Shown piece after piece: positions 9,058 to 18,419 of a DNA stretch of 64,000 nucleotides (its first letter is position 1; each line of letters begins with the position of its first letter). Location: the NCBI GenBank assembly GCA_964540855.1, contig CAZIOI010000001.1, positions 7,081-71,080 on the forward strand. Direction: 5' to 3'. The DNA is from an uncultured Candidatus Saccharibacteria bacterium. Its GTDB lineage: Bacteria > Patescibacteriota > UBA1384 > DTJR01. The notes under the pieces were generated by a model, which did not search any database, had not been told where the DNA came from, and saw nothing but the letters and a program-made list of their open reading frames with translations. A program made the position numbers and the translations under genes.

Positions 9058-11472
9058 TTAGCTACCGGCAGCCATAGCCTGTGGCGGTCCTTGCGGTTCA
9101 ACCGGCGGCTCCGACTGCTGATCTGCCGGTTGAACCGGCGCAGCTATTCCTGAAGGTTCGGCTGGGTTGTTATTCGGTTTAGGATCGTTTGTGAGTTTGG
9201 CTTGCCCGGTCGCAGCAAATCTAAATTGTCCCGCTTGGTCTAAATCCACCAGAATATTCTGACCACTCTTAACCTCACCCTTGATCAAAGCACTGGAAAG
9301 CGGATTTTCAATCATTTTTTGGATCATGCGTCTCAACGGTCTGGCACCAAAGACGGGGTCAAAGCCAATTTGCGCCATCTTTGTCTTGGCTGGCGCCGAT
9401 AACTCAAGCGTAATTTTTTGTTCCGCCAAAAGCTTTGAGACCTCCGAGATCATAACCGAAACGATAGCCTCCATATCTTGCGGCATTAAACCTCTAAATA
9501 TGATAATGTCATCGAACCTGTTGACAAATTCAGGCCTAAAGAATCTCAGTAGTTCTTCCATCATCTGCTTTTGCAGGTTCGGATCCGAGACATTTGAACC
9601 CTTAATCAGTTGAGTTCCAACGTTTGAGGTGCAAATAATAATTGTGTTCTTGAAGTCAACGGTTCGGCCCTTGCTATCGGTGAGACGTCCCTCGTCTAAT
9701 ATCTGCAAGAATATATTAAAGACGTCTTGGTTCGCCTTTTCGATCTCATCAAATAGCACGACAGAATATGGATTTTTGCGTACAGCCTCCGTCAGCTGCC
9801 CACCTTCTTCGTAACCCACATACCCGGGAGGCGCGCCAATCATTCTGGCAGTCGCATTTTTTTCCATATATTCACTCATGTCGATCCTGATCATCTTGTC
9901 TTCAACACCAAACATCACCTCGGCTAGGGTTTTCGCCAACTGCGTTTTACCGACACCGGTTGGTCCGAGGAAAATAAACGAGCCCACCGGACGTTTGGGA
10001 TTTTTGAGTCCGGCGCGGTTTCTTCTGATTGCCTCGGAAACAGCCTTCACTGCGGGTTCTTGGTCAATCAACCTTTTATGGATTAAACCTTCCAGGTCGA
10101 GTAAAACTTTTGATTCATCTTGGGTAAGCTTAGTAATTGGAATACCGGAAAGAGCGGAAACAATATCTTTAACTATATCCTCACCGACTTCTTTTGGTTG
10201 AATGTTATTTAAAACAACTTTGGCGCAAGCCTCATCGATGACATCAATTGCCTTGTCAGGCAAACTTCTATCGGCAATATATCTTTGAGAAAGCTTAACG
10301 GCAGCTTCAAGCGCCACGGGTTGCACCTTGACTGAATGGTGCTTTTCATACTTTGGCACAATTCCAACCAACATCTTTACAGCCTGCTCAGCCGTTGGTT
10401 CTTCTACATTGACCTTTTGAAACCTGCGTTCAAAAGCAGCATCCTTTTCTATATACTGGCGAAATTCTTTTATTGTAGTCGCGCCAATACATTGCAGCTC
10501 ACCGCGGGCCAAGGCCGGTTTTAAAATGTTCGCTGCATCCATCGAGCCGTCGCCTCCGGCGCCAATAATGGTATGCAATTCATCAATAAATAGAATCACG
10601 CCTCCGGTGGCAAGTTTTATCTCTTTAATTAAATGCTCCAGACGTTCTTCGAATTCGCCTCTATGCTTAGCACCGGCAATCATTAAGCTCAGATCCAAAA
10701 CCAGTATTTTCTTATCTTTGAGCGGATCGGGAATCTGTCCGGAAGCAATTTTTTGCGCTAGGCCTTCTACAATCGCGGTTTTTCCAACGCCGGCGTCACC
10801 AATCAGCGCCGGGTTGTTCTTCGTTCGCCTTGTCAAAATTTCCATAACACGCGCAATCTCTTTGTCGCGCTCGACAACCGGATCCAGCTTGCCATCTCGA
10901 GCTTTTTGGGTCAAATCAATAGTATAAGTCTCTAAAACCGACGATCCGCCATTTGCCAACTCTTTGACTTTTATCTCTTCCTGTACGGCTTTTTCGTTTT
11001 GCGATAATTCAGAGGTTTTCTTTGTATCCAAATCTTTTTGCGCCTTCTGAAGTTTCGCCAAATCTATACCATTTTCCTTGAGAGTCTGTGTGGCAAACCA
11101 ATCATCGTGCTGAAAAAATGACGCAATAACATGATACGCACTAACAAACCCGGTTTTATCGCCCTCTGAAAGCCTTTTCGATTCATCGAAAACTTTTTTG
11201 GTCTTTGATGAAAACTCCGGCTCACCGGTAAACTCGCCTCGTTGAGATTTCGAAAACAATTCGTCCTGAAGCTTCTTTGCGTCAACTCCGGATGTCTCAA
11301 CCAAAGAAAAAACTTCCGGCGACTCAATAAGCGCCATCAACAAATGTTCCGGATCGACATAGGGTGAATTATACTGTCGCGCTTTTTCGGTTGCAGACTT
11401 GACGCACTCCGAAACAGCGGGTGATAGATTAGAAAAAACGTCCTGACTCTGACGACTTGCAAAGATCTGCAT
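9058..11472 (-). CDS. clpC: ATP-dependent Clp protease ATP-binding subunit (ClpC/ClpA-type AAA+ unfoldase) with Pro/Gln-rich C-terminal tail
   Basis: Clp_N-like N-terminus. Two AAA+ modules (GDAGVGKTAIVEGLAQ and GPTGVGKTQLAKTLAE Walker A motifs). A short middle domain, which makes it ClpC-like rather than ClpB. The C-terminal ~70 aa are P/A/Q/E-rich. Confidence 0.85.
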   Translation of the reverse strand: MQIFASRQSQDVFSNLSPAVSECVKSATEKARQYNSPYVDPEHLLMALIESPEVFSLVETSGVDAKKLQDELFSKSQRGEFTGEPEFSSKTKKVFDESKRLSEGDKTGFVSAYHVIASFFQHDDWFATQTLKENGIDLAKLQKAQKDLDTKKTSELSQNEKAVQEEIKVKELANGGSSVLETYTIDLTQKARDGKLDPVVERDKEIARVMEILTRRTKNNPALIGDAGVGKTAIVEGLAQKIASGQIPDPLKDKKILVLDLSLMIAGAKHRGEFEERLEHLIKEIKLATGGVILFIDELHTIIGAGGDGSMDAANILKPALARGELQCIGATTIKEFRQYIEKDAAFERRFQKVNVEEPTAEQAVKMLVGIVPKYEKHHSVKVQPVALEAAVKLSQRYIADRSLPDKAIDVIDEACAKVVLNNIQPKEVGEDIVKDIVSALSGIPITKLTQDESKVLLDLEGLIHKRLIDQEPAVKAVSEAIRRNRAGLKNPKRPVGSFIFLGPTGVGKTQLAKTLAEVMFGVEDKMIRIDMSEYMEKNATARMIGAPPGYVGYEEGGQLTEAVRKNPYSVVLFDEIEKANQDVFNIFLQILDEGRLTDSKGRTVDFKNTIIICTSNVGTQLIKGSNVSDPNLQKQMMEELLRFFRPEFVNRFDDIIIFRGLMPQDMEAIVSVMISEVSKLLAEQKITLELSAPAKTKMAQIGFDPVFGARPLRRMIQKMIENPLSSALIKGEVKSGQNILVDLDQAGQFRFAATGQAKLTNDPKPNNNPAEPSGIAAPVQPADQQSEPPVEPQGPPQAMAAGS

Positions 11473-11759
11473 TGCCCCTCCTTTTTACATTATTATTAAA
11501 CCACTTCTAAGACCAAAAAGCACCATTAATTAACGTATAACGTAAAACTAAAAACGTATAATGACTAAGATACAATCAACAAGTTACAATCACCAAACAG
11601 CCTACAATATTCAATAATACAAACAAGGACTCTTTTCTTTTGTTTATTGAGATTTGTTATTTGTTTGTCCCTTGCTTACTTGTGATTTGTTGGTTGGCAG
11701 TAATTTTTGTTGATGAAATTCTGATATAATTTTGCTAATGGAAATGAATACGGAGGGGC

Positions 11760-14705
11760 GTGAATAAAGCACTGGCGTTTTTATCGTGGGCTGGGCGTGT
11801 TGTCGTTTTGGCGTTTGCGATTATTGCTTTTGTCGGCTCCAGTAAAATCGCTCAGGCGCAAAACATGGGCGCCGGTTCCGCTACAGTTTCCGGCACAACA
11901 ACTACTGTCAATGCCGTAGCATCCGGTACTTGGACTGAAGATATAGAGGTCACTTCTGTCGGTAAGGCAGCCGCACGCGCCAGAGAGTTTCTAAACTGGA
12001 CACTATCCATAAGGGAAGCCGGCTTCTCCAGTGACACCAGTGGCTCTCCTCAAGCGCTCCTCAAATTATGGTCAGCCGTCAGAAATATTGTTGTCTTTCT
12101 ATATATAGGAATAATTATAGTTATCGCGTTTGGACTCATCTTGCATTTAGGCTGGGCAGAAAAATCGAGGCGTACGTTGGTTTCTTTGATAATCGTCTTT
12201 GCTCTCACGTTTTTTAGTTTTTCCGCCGAAGTCCTCACTATCAGGATGACCGATAAGCTGCAAGAATCATTTTTTTCAATTCACAAAAGCGGTCAGAGTG
12301 GTCTGACTGCCGATCAGAAACATTTGCGCGCAGAAGATCTGCTAACCGTCGCCTTCAACTATCAATCGTTCACGGGGTATCGCAAAGCAGGTGTCAAATA
12401 CGACGAGTCGGTAAGCACTCATCTTAGATTGGTACGGGCAACTACATATACCAACTATGCGATCGCTTTTTTGTTGATTTTAAGAATCATTATTTTATGG
12501 GGTCTTGTAATTTTTTCGCCGTTCATCCTGCCGTTTTTCGTTTTTCAGGTCACCAAAAAGGTTGCTATTGTTTGGATTAGGGAATTCTTCCGGTGGCTAT
12601 TTTTAGGACCTTTGTTTGCGCTTTTTTTAACAGCTGTACCGTATATTTGGCAAAAAACATCCGTTAATGTAGCCAATACTTATGTCGGTCAAAATGCCCA
12701 CGAAAGCGGTGTTCCGATCGAAATCAACACGAATGTTTTAAGGGGCAGCGGTGCTGAACAAACCGCCAACAATGTTTATCAATCCGGAACAAATCTTCTA
12801 CTGACACCACCAAAAAATACAAATCTTAGTCTGACCGACCAAGATGTAGTGACTAATGGCAATAATCTGACAGAAACAGACACTTACGCCAGATATATTA
12901 TTGCCCTCATGATGATATGGGGAGCGATTCTGTTGCCATTTTTGTTGCTAAGGATAATTTCCGGCTTTTCGGTTGAGATCGGCAAGAGCGTTTCTAATAT
13001 CTGGAACAAGTCAGCTGCTCAACAATACATAAACTCCGTTCAGACAAAAATCTCTCCGCCGCCCGTGAGACCGTCGCCGCGACCCGGGCCGGGGATATAT
13101 AAGGATTATAGAGAAAAAACAACTACAACAACCGTTCCGGCAATCCTCAAGGATCGTTCGAGACTCATAAAAGATCATACTTCTACGAGCTATATCATGG
13201 GTCTGACGGGGATGAAACAAGCCGCGCCGCAAGCAATGGAATTTTTATCTGCAAACAAAAGAAGCCTTGCTGATCTATCTAAGCTGGAGCAGAGCGATCA
13301 GGAACTTAAAGTGGCAAACGAGCTTTTGGATAAGCTAGCCAAACCGGAAATGGTAAAAGATAAGACCGAAGCAGACAAACTTGCCGGTATAAAGCAGGCA
13401 ATTGCCGATAAAGAGTTGACCGGCGACGAACTAGCAAGGGCTGTTCAGTCGGCATTGGCTAGGGACACAAGCAAAATCTCAAACGAAAATGCGCTTGAAC
13501 AGGCAAAGGAAAATGCTCTGCGAAACGCAGTCGAGCAATTCTACAGTCAAACTCAAGTTCAAAACGGTTTAAGACAAAAATTATCTAGCCAAGCAGATTC
13601 GAATGAGCTGGCTAGAAACGCTTTGTCGGCTCTTGATCAGATTGGTTCGTTGAGATCCGCTCTGTCACAAGACAAACTAAGCGGTGAGCAAAAACGCGAG
13701 ATTGAAAATCAAATCGTTGCTGTCAAACATCCTGAGATGGCGACTGACACCAAAGCCAGATCACAGTTTATAGCTCTCAAAAGCGTTCTTGAGACCGGAG
13801 AAAGACTATCCGATCCCCACGCAATAGCCATCAACAAACAGATTCAGTCCATTGCAAATACCTATTATAGACAGAACCCCGAGGCTCGCGAAAAGGCACA
13901 GCAGGATACAGCGATTAGTTATCTAAACAGCCTCAACGCAATCAGACAAGCTATTGCATCCAAGACCGACAGTGGGGCTCAGGCGGCAGTTCGGGCGATA
14001 GATAAGATTACAGCGAAACTGGGTGATCAAACAGCACTTTTGGGCAATATAAAGACAAACGGATTAAAAATTGTTGCGACAAATGCCCTGAAGACAAAAG
14101 ATCTTGACAAACTGGAGCAGGGGGATAAAGAAGAGTTTACAGCCCTCAAAGGACAAGTCGATCAAGGAATCGCCAGTCAAGACCCAAGATTTACCTCTTA
14201 TCAAAAATCAACCGAAGACGTTATAGAACAATCCAAAGACCTCGATCAGGCCGATGCCGGCAATGTCGAAGACCTTAGAACTTTGATGGGAGCTGATGAA
14301 GATTTCGCTCAAGTCAAAAAGATGTGGGAACAATATTATTCAAGCGCACCCGTACCGATAGACCAAGAAATCAAAACTCGCGCCGACTGGATCGCTAGAG
14401 AGAAATCCCTGATGCAGAAGGCTCTGGATGGCCTTCTGTCCGCCGATGCGACAGAGAGGGAAAATGCCCTTAAAAATATCGGCAAGATACTACCTTTTGT
14501 TCTTATGGGTAAATACAAAAATTCTGAGATAGCAAAGTATCTTTTGGCAAAGTTTGATGCTGCCGATACGGTTTATAAACAAACGACAGAGAAAAAAGAA
14601 GAGACAGAAGAAGATCTTGTACTAGTTAAAAAACAGGCTTTGTCAGATAAAAATGAGAATACCATGACGTTGGATGGACCGGATCAGACCAAGCAGGAAC
14701 TATAG
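11760..14705 (+). CDS. Large polytopic membrane protein (signal peptide + ~5 TM + ~600-aa coiled-coil C-terminal domain); paralog of 47440..50433 and 51790..54639; VirB6/TrbL-like topology
   Basis: GTG start at 11760 preceded by GGAGGGG. The signal peptide ends at AQA. There are several hydrophobic helices. The stretch …FQVTKKVAIVWIREFFRWLFLGPLFALFLTAV… aligns with …ALPQTSKVFSRWARVAVVWLTLPILANFILRVV… in the 997-aa protein and with …LPQTQAFFRKWWSYLLIAIFFAPLANFVFFIL… in the 949-aa protein. The C-terminal region is Q/E/K/A-rich. Confidence 0.6.
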   Translation: MNKALAFLSWAGRVVVLAFAIIAFVGSSKIAQAQNMGAGSATVSGTTTTVNAVASGTWTEDIEVTSVGKAAARAREFLNWTLSIREAGFSSDTSGSPQALLKLWSAVRNIVVFLYIGIIIVIAFGLILHLGWAEKSRRTLVSLIIVFALTFFSFSAEVLTIRMTDKLQESFFSIHKSGQSGLTADQKHLRAEDLLTVAFNYQSFTGYRKAGVKYDESVSTHLRLVRATTYTNYAIAFLLILRIIILWGLVIFSPFILPFFVFQVTKKVAIVWIREFFRWLFLGPLFALFLTAVPYIWQKTSVNVANTYVGQNAHESGVPIEINTNVLRGSGAEQTANNVYQSGTNLLLTPPKNTNLSLTDQDVVTNGNNLTETDTYARYIIALMMIWGAILLPFLLLRIISGFSVEIGKSVSNIWNKSAAQQYINSVQTKISPPPVRPSPRPGPGIYKDYREKTTTTTVPAILKDRSRLIKDHTSTSYIMGLTGMKQAAPQAMEFLSANKRSLADLSKLEQSDQELKVANELLDKLAKPEMVKDKTEADKLAGIKQAIADKELTGDELARAVQSALARDTSKISNENALEQAKENALRNAVEQFYSQTQVQNGLRQKLSSQADSNELARNALSALDQIGSLRSALSQDKLSGEQKREIENQIVAVKHPEMATDTKARSQFIALKSVLETGERLSDPHAIAINKQIQSIANTYYRQNPEAREKAQQDTAISYLNSLNAIRQAIASKTDSGAQAAVRAIDKITAKLGDQTALLGNIKTNGLKIVATNALKTKDLDKLEQGDKEEFTALKGQVDQGIASQDPRFTSYQKSTEDVIEQSKDLDQADAGNVEDLRTLMGADEDFAQVKKMWEQYYSSAPVPIDQEIKTRADWIAREKSLMQKALDGLLSADATERENALKNIGKILPFVLMGKYKNSEIAKYLLAKFDAADTVYKQTTEKKEETEEDLVLVKKQALSDKNENTMTLDGPDQTKQEL

Positions 14706-14713
14706 AACAAATA

Positions 14714-16204
14714 CTATTTAACCAATGGATCGCTGGAGGAATCAAAAGCCTGTGCGATGTAGTCAATGGTCGGTAAAAAGCTCTTGGTGAAGTTCTCGAC
14801 GCCGTTTATGTCCGTAACATAGCCATACCACGCAGGCATAACAAATCGCTCCTCGATGAATCTAGAGGCCCAATCTGACTCAACACCCATAGCAATCGCA
14901 TAAGACAAATATTTTTCAAACAAATATTTGTCGCTGGGACCTATAAGGGCTTTTTCGGTAAGATAATTTTTAAACTTCAACCATTTATTTCTATATTCAA
15001 TTCCACGCGGGGATAAAGATGTAATACTTGGTGAAAGATTAACAATAAGAATGCCAAAAATAACTAGCGATACCCAAAATAACAGAACAAATTTTGGGTC
15101 TGCCGCAAACAACGCGGAAATAAGATAACCTAAAAGACCAATATAAAACACCACTATGCCAGTCATCCTGTAGCGCAGATGAGTCCTCGCCGGCGCATCG
15201 GAAAAATATCCTTTAGTTCTTCCTTCGCCGTATATTTCCAAATATGACAGAGCAATTTTTCGGGAAAATAAGTGCCTCGCCGCTCTGGTTTCCACGTCAA
15301 AAGACCCTACCGCTTTTTGTTTAGGTAAAAAAATCTTGTCCATAAGAACTTCCTCAAAAATCCTGAGGTTCTTCTGTTTCGGATCAAATATCTTTTTGAA
15401 TATTACAAAATCATCTCCTCTGTTATAAATTTCTATACAATCGCGTTGTGCCAAATCAACCAATGTTGCCATTATTGATCTCGGTCCGACCTTTCCATCA
15501 ATTAAGGCACCAACCACCGCCGGAGCTAGATCTTCCGGAGGTTTTTTCGACTTGCCTGCTGGCGCTTGTCCGAGAAAGCCGATTCTAGTTCTGCGAATTA
15601 TTCTGACCAAAATCGCTAAGGCGATAAGCGGTAAAATAAGACTAATCGCTATCCAGTAAGTCGCACTTATAGCTCCGACAGTCTCTTCAATCCTTTTATC
15701 CGTGCTTAAACTGATATAGCCCTTGGGAAACGCGGCTGTGATCGTAACGGTCGCACTGGAACCAATGTTTTTCGCTTGGTAAATTATCCTGTCGCCATAA
15801 AAGGTCGCGCCTATGGGATCGGCACCGTGCACTGCGATAATTTCCGGCTCACGATCAACTTTGGTTATATTTTTGGGCAAAATCAGAACTACCTCTAGTT
15901 CTGAATAGAGTTCATTTGGCTTATCCAGAATAATGTATCTTAGTTCGTCGTAGTCCTTATAGGGCTTAATGCTTTCGGAAATTTTTTTTTCGTCAATTTC
16001 GATAGAACCATCGGATTGCATATCCATCTCGAGATAAAATCGATTAGAGTTGGTACTCATATTTACATTATCTGCAATGTTGGCGATTGCCCTATCGGCG
16101 CTAACGGTCGGCGACAGAAAACTTCCATATTTGTTTGTAAAAAAAACAAATAGTCCCAGAAACAAAAATAGTACAAGCTTATTTTTATAAATTCCTATTA
16201 CCAT
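14714..16204 (-). CDS. DUF2207-like predicted membrane protein
   Basis: N-terminal signal or TM segment, an extracytoplasmic domain, a TM segment, a cytoplasmic domain, then two C-terminal TMs. This matches the DUF2207 architecture. It overlaps holA by 20 nt. Confidence 0.5.
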   Translation of the reverse strand: MVIGIYKNKLVLFLFLGLFVFFTNKYGSFLSPTVSADRAIANIADNVNMSTNSNRFYLEMDMQSDGSIEIDEKKISESIKPYKDYDELRYIILDKPNELYSELEVVLILPKNITKVDREPEIIAVHGADPIGATFYGDRIIYQAKNIGSSATVTITAAFPKGYISLSTDKRIEETVGAISATYWIAISLILPLIALAILVRIIRRTRIGFLGQAPAGKSKKPPEDLAPAVVGALIDGKVGPRSIMATLVDLAQRDCIEIYNRGDDFVIFKKIFDPKQKNLRIFEEVLMDKIFLPKQKAVGSFDVETRAARHLFSRKIALSYLEIYGEGRTKGYFSDAPARTHLRYRMTGIVVFYIGLLGYLISALFAADPKFVLLFWVSLVIFGILIVNLSPSITSLSPRGIEYRNKWLKFKNYLTEKALIGPSDKYLFEKYLSYAIAMGVESDWASRFIEERFVMPAWYGYVTDINGVENFTKSFLPTIDYIAQAFDSSSDPLVK

Positions 16205-17138
16205 CTATCCCCAAAACAAAATCTTTAAGCGCATCGCCTGGATCTATTTTACCACTCTTAATAGACTCATCAATCGATACGAGCCGAGAAAAGATTATAG
16301 ACAAATCCTTAAAGTTTATATTTCTCGTATATCCGATCACTTTCTGAATCTGAAAAGGCTTTAGGCCAAGCAGCCTTGACATCTCAAAACTGCTTTTTAC
16401 GGTTTGGCTCACCTCCATCACATAGGCAATTGTCCTAAACTGATAATTTATCAGGCCTAATATTTTAAGCGGCGGCTCATTCGAGTCCAATAAAGCCTGC
16501 AAATGGTCAAGCGCAACTTTGGAATTTTTTGCCAGAAGCGCATCGACAAATTTGAACGAATTACCTAAAACATTTTTGCTGACAATCTGTTCAATATCAT
16601 CAATTACAATTTCCCGATTCGGCTTATAATCGGCAAGCTTGTGGATCTCGCTATCAAGTCGCCAAAGATCATCCATACAATATTCGACTAGTTGAACCGC
16701 TGCTTCGCTGGAGATGCTATTGCCAAGTAACTTCAGTTGGGAGCGAACAAAGCTGATCTGTTGAGATTGGGAAAAAATGTCAAAATGTTTTGCGTTTTTT
16801 TCCTTGGAAAGTCTCTTGAAAAGCTTGAGTCTCTTGTCCGGCTCCCCTTCCTGAGTAAAGACAACCACAGTTGATTCCGGCAAGCCGTCGAGATTACCTG
16901 CAATTTGCTCAAGCGTATCTTTATTTTTTTGATTAAAAATATTTTTGATAACGATTAATCTCGATGAAGCTAAAAGCGGCATGGCCTGAACCTGCCTGGC
17001 AAACTCTTGGGCCACCAAGTCCTGACCATCGATTGAAATAAAATTCAGATCGCCGACATTTTTGTAGTATCGCTGCTTCAACTGATTGACCGCTTTTTGG
17101 ATCATAAAGACATTGGGCCCGTAGAAAAAAATAAGCAT
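16185..17138 (-). CDS. holA: DNA polymerase III delta subunit
   Basis: 317 aa. The N-terminus MLIFFYGPNVFMIQKAV…QRYY… is typical of HolA (FYGEE…). The size and helical domain III pattern also fit. Confidence 0.7.
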   Translation of the reverse strand: MLIFFYGPNVFMIQKAVNQLKQRYYKNVGDLNFISIDGQDLVAQEFARQVQAMPLLASSRLIVIKNIFNQKNKDTLEQIAGNLDGLPESTVVVFTQEGEPDKRLKLFKRLSKEKNAKHFDIFSQSQQISFVRSQLKLLGNSISSEAAVQLVEYCMDDLWRLDSEIHKLADYKPNREIVIDDIEQIVSKNVLGNSFKFVDALLAKNSKVALDHLQALLDSNEPPLKILGLINYQFRTIAYVMEVSQTVKSSFEMSRLLGLKPFQIQKVIGYTRNINFKDLSIIFSRLVSIDESIKSGKIDPGDALKDFVLGIDGNRNL

Positions 17139-17140
17139 GG

Positions 17141-18061
17141 CTAAAACAAACTTTCTTGTTGGTTGAGTGACCTCTGACTTTTGGGCATGCGTTTTATAAG
17201 TGAAAAAAATCTATATTTTTGCAAAAATTTTTCGGCGACAGCGCGGTCAAAATCGTGAAGCCTGGCGTCTTTGAGCAAAAAATCGATCTCAACGTCGGTT
17301 TTGATAGTCGCAAGCTTCTTTGATAAAAACGCCATATCTTTATGCTCCATCAGAAGTTGTCTTGTTCTCAGCTTGATCGTTTCGCTTTTCGCCTCATCAT
17401 CCAGAGCATGATAAATTCCCTCAATATCGGTAAACCGATTTATAAGATCAATTGCAGTTTTGGGTCCGATACCTTTGACGCCCGGAATATTATCGGAACT
17501 GTCGCCCGAAAGTGCCTTGTAATCAACAACTTGCGCCGGCGTTATGGAAAGTTTGCCCATAACTGCCGATGAATCATAAATAGTTTCTTTTATTTTGCCC
17601 ATCGCAGGCATAGCAACTTTGGTTCGAGAATCGACTAATTGCAGAGTGTCTTGGTCGCCAGTCACAATAATTACTTCGCCCTCGCCAAGGTCGCCGTTAA
17701 CTTTTTTGGCAAGCGTGCCGATAATATCGTCCGCCTCATAGCCCTCTTTTGTCAAAAGCGGTATTTCCATAGCGCGAACAAAATCGTGAACATCTTCGAT
17801 TTGATCATAAAACTCTTGCGGAGGCTTAACACGCTTGGCTTTGTATTCGTCAAAAAGATCATCTCTAAAAGTCGGGCCTTTGATATCAAAAGCAACCGCC
17901 AAATATTCCGGTTTATGTTTTTCTATGGTTGAAAATAAGATTGAAACAAACCCGTAAATCGCGTTGACAAGTCTTCCTGCGACCTCAAAACGCGGCATCG
18001 CGTGGTAGGAGCGATGCAAAATGGCATTTCCATCAATTAAAACAAATGTATTTTTTTTCAT
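17141..18061 (-). CDS. 5'-3' exonuclease / flap endonuclease (Pol I N-terminal-domain-like)
   Basis: LIDGNAILHRSYHA, YKAKR and GDSSDNIPGVKGIGPKTA (helix-3-turn-helix) motifs. The likely start is Met16 of the track ORF (ATG at 18061..18059, MKKNTFVLIDG…). The track ORF extends to 18106. Confidence 0.85.
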   Translation of the reverse strand: MKKNTFVLIDGNAILHRSYHAMPRFEVAGRLVNAIYGFVSILFSTIEKHKPEYLAVAFDIKGPTFRDDLFDEYKAKRVKPPQEFYDQIEDVHDFVRAMEIPLLTKEGYEADDIIGTLAKKVNGDLGEGEVIIVTGDQDTLQLVDSRTKVAMPAMGKIKETIYDSSAVMGKLSITPAQVVDYKALSGDSSDNIPGVKGIGPKTAIDLINRFTDIEGIYHALDDEAKSETIKLRTRQLLMEHKDMAFLSKKLATIKTDVEIDFLLKDARLHDFDRAVAEKFLQKYRFFSLIKRMPKSQRSLNQQESLF

Positions 18062-18188
18062 AATCAAAGACAAAAAAATCATATTCGCACGCACGCTAAA
18101 TGTCAAAATACCCTTTACACGCGACTAAGTTTGCGATAATATTTCGTGATCGCTTTCAAGCGATGAACCTGAAAAAGGAGGATCATCG

Positions 18189-18389
18189 ATGAACCCGCGG
18201 CACATGTGCAGGAGGACAAGCCTGAGCCCCCAGGCAAGAGCTATGCGGCATGTTGTGGTTCTCGTCAAGCGGCATGGTATCAAGCCCCAAGAGGCCTGGC
18301 GCCAGGCTATCGCTTACTTCTCCCCCAAGTTTAAGGGAGACCTCGCGCAGGCATTGACTGCCGATCAAGGCCCCGCCGAGCCGCCCTAG
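18189..18389 (+). CDS. Small GC-rich ORF (66 aa) inside GC-rich island A; hypothetical
   Basis: ATG at 18189 preceded by a perfect AAAGGAGG SD with a 7-nt spacer. The ORF ends inside a strong GC hairpin. Composition is R/A/P-rich. The local GC content is far above the flanks. Confidence 0.35.
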   Translation: MNPRHMCRRTSLSPQARAMRHVVVLVKRHGIKPQEAWRQAIAYFSPKFKGDLAQALTADQGPAEPP

Positions 18390-18413
18390 ACGGGCGAGCT
18401 CGGCGGGGCCTTT
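18369..18413 (+). terminator. GC-rich hairpin (13-bp stem) followed by TTT
   Basis: GGCCCCGCCGAGC…GCTCGGCGGGGCC followed by TTTCCCC. Sits at the end of the small GC-rich ORF, immediately downstream of the pheT stop. Confidence 0.4.
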
Positions 18414-18419
18414 CCCCGT

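Noticed and set aside
11500-11760. Sigma70 promoter calls in the clpC / giant-paralog divergent region (TTGATG…TATAAT)
   Set aside because: The TATAAT at about 11724 has only a 9-nt spacer to the nearest TTGATG. Other -35 candidates give 13- or 25-nt spacers. No confident promoter geometry.
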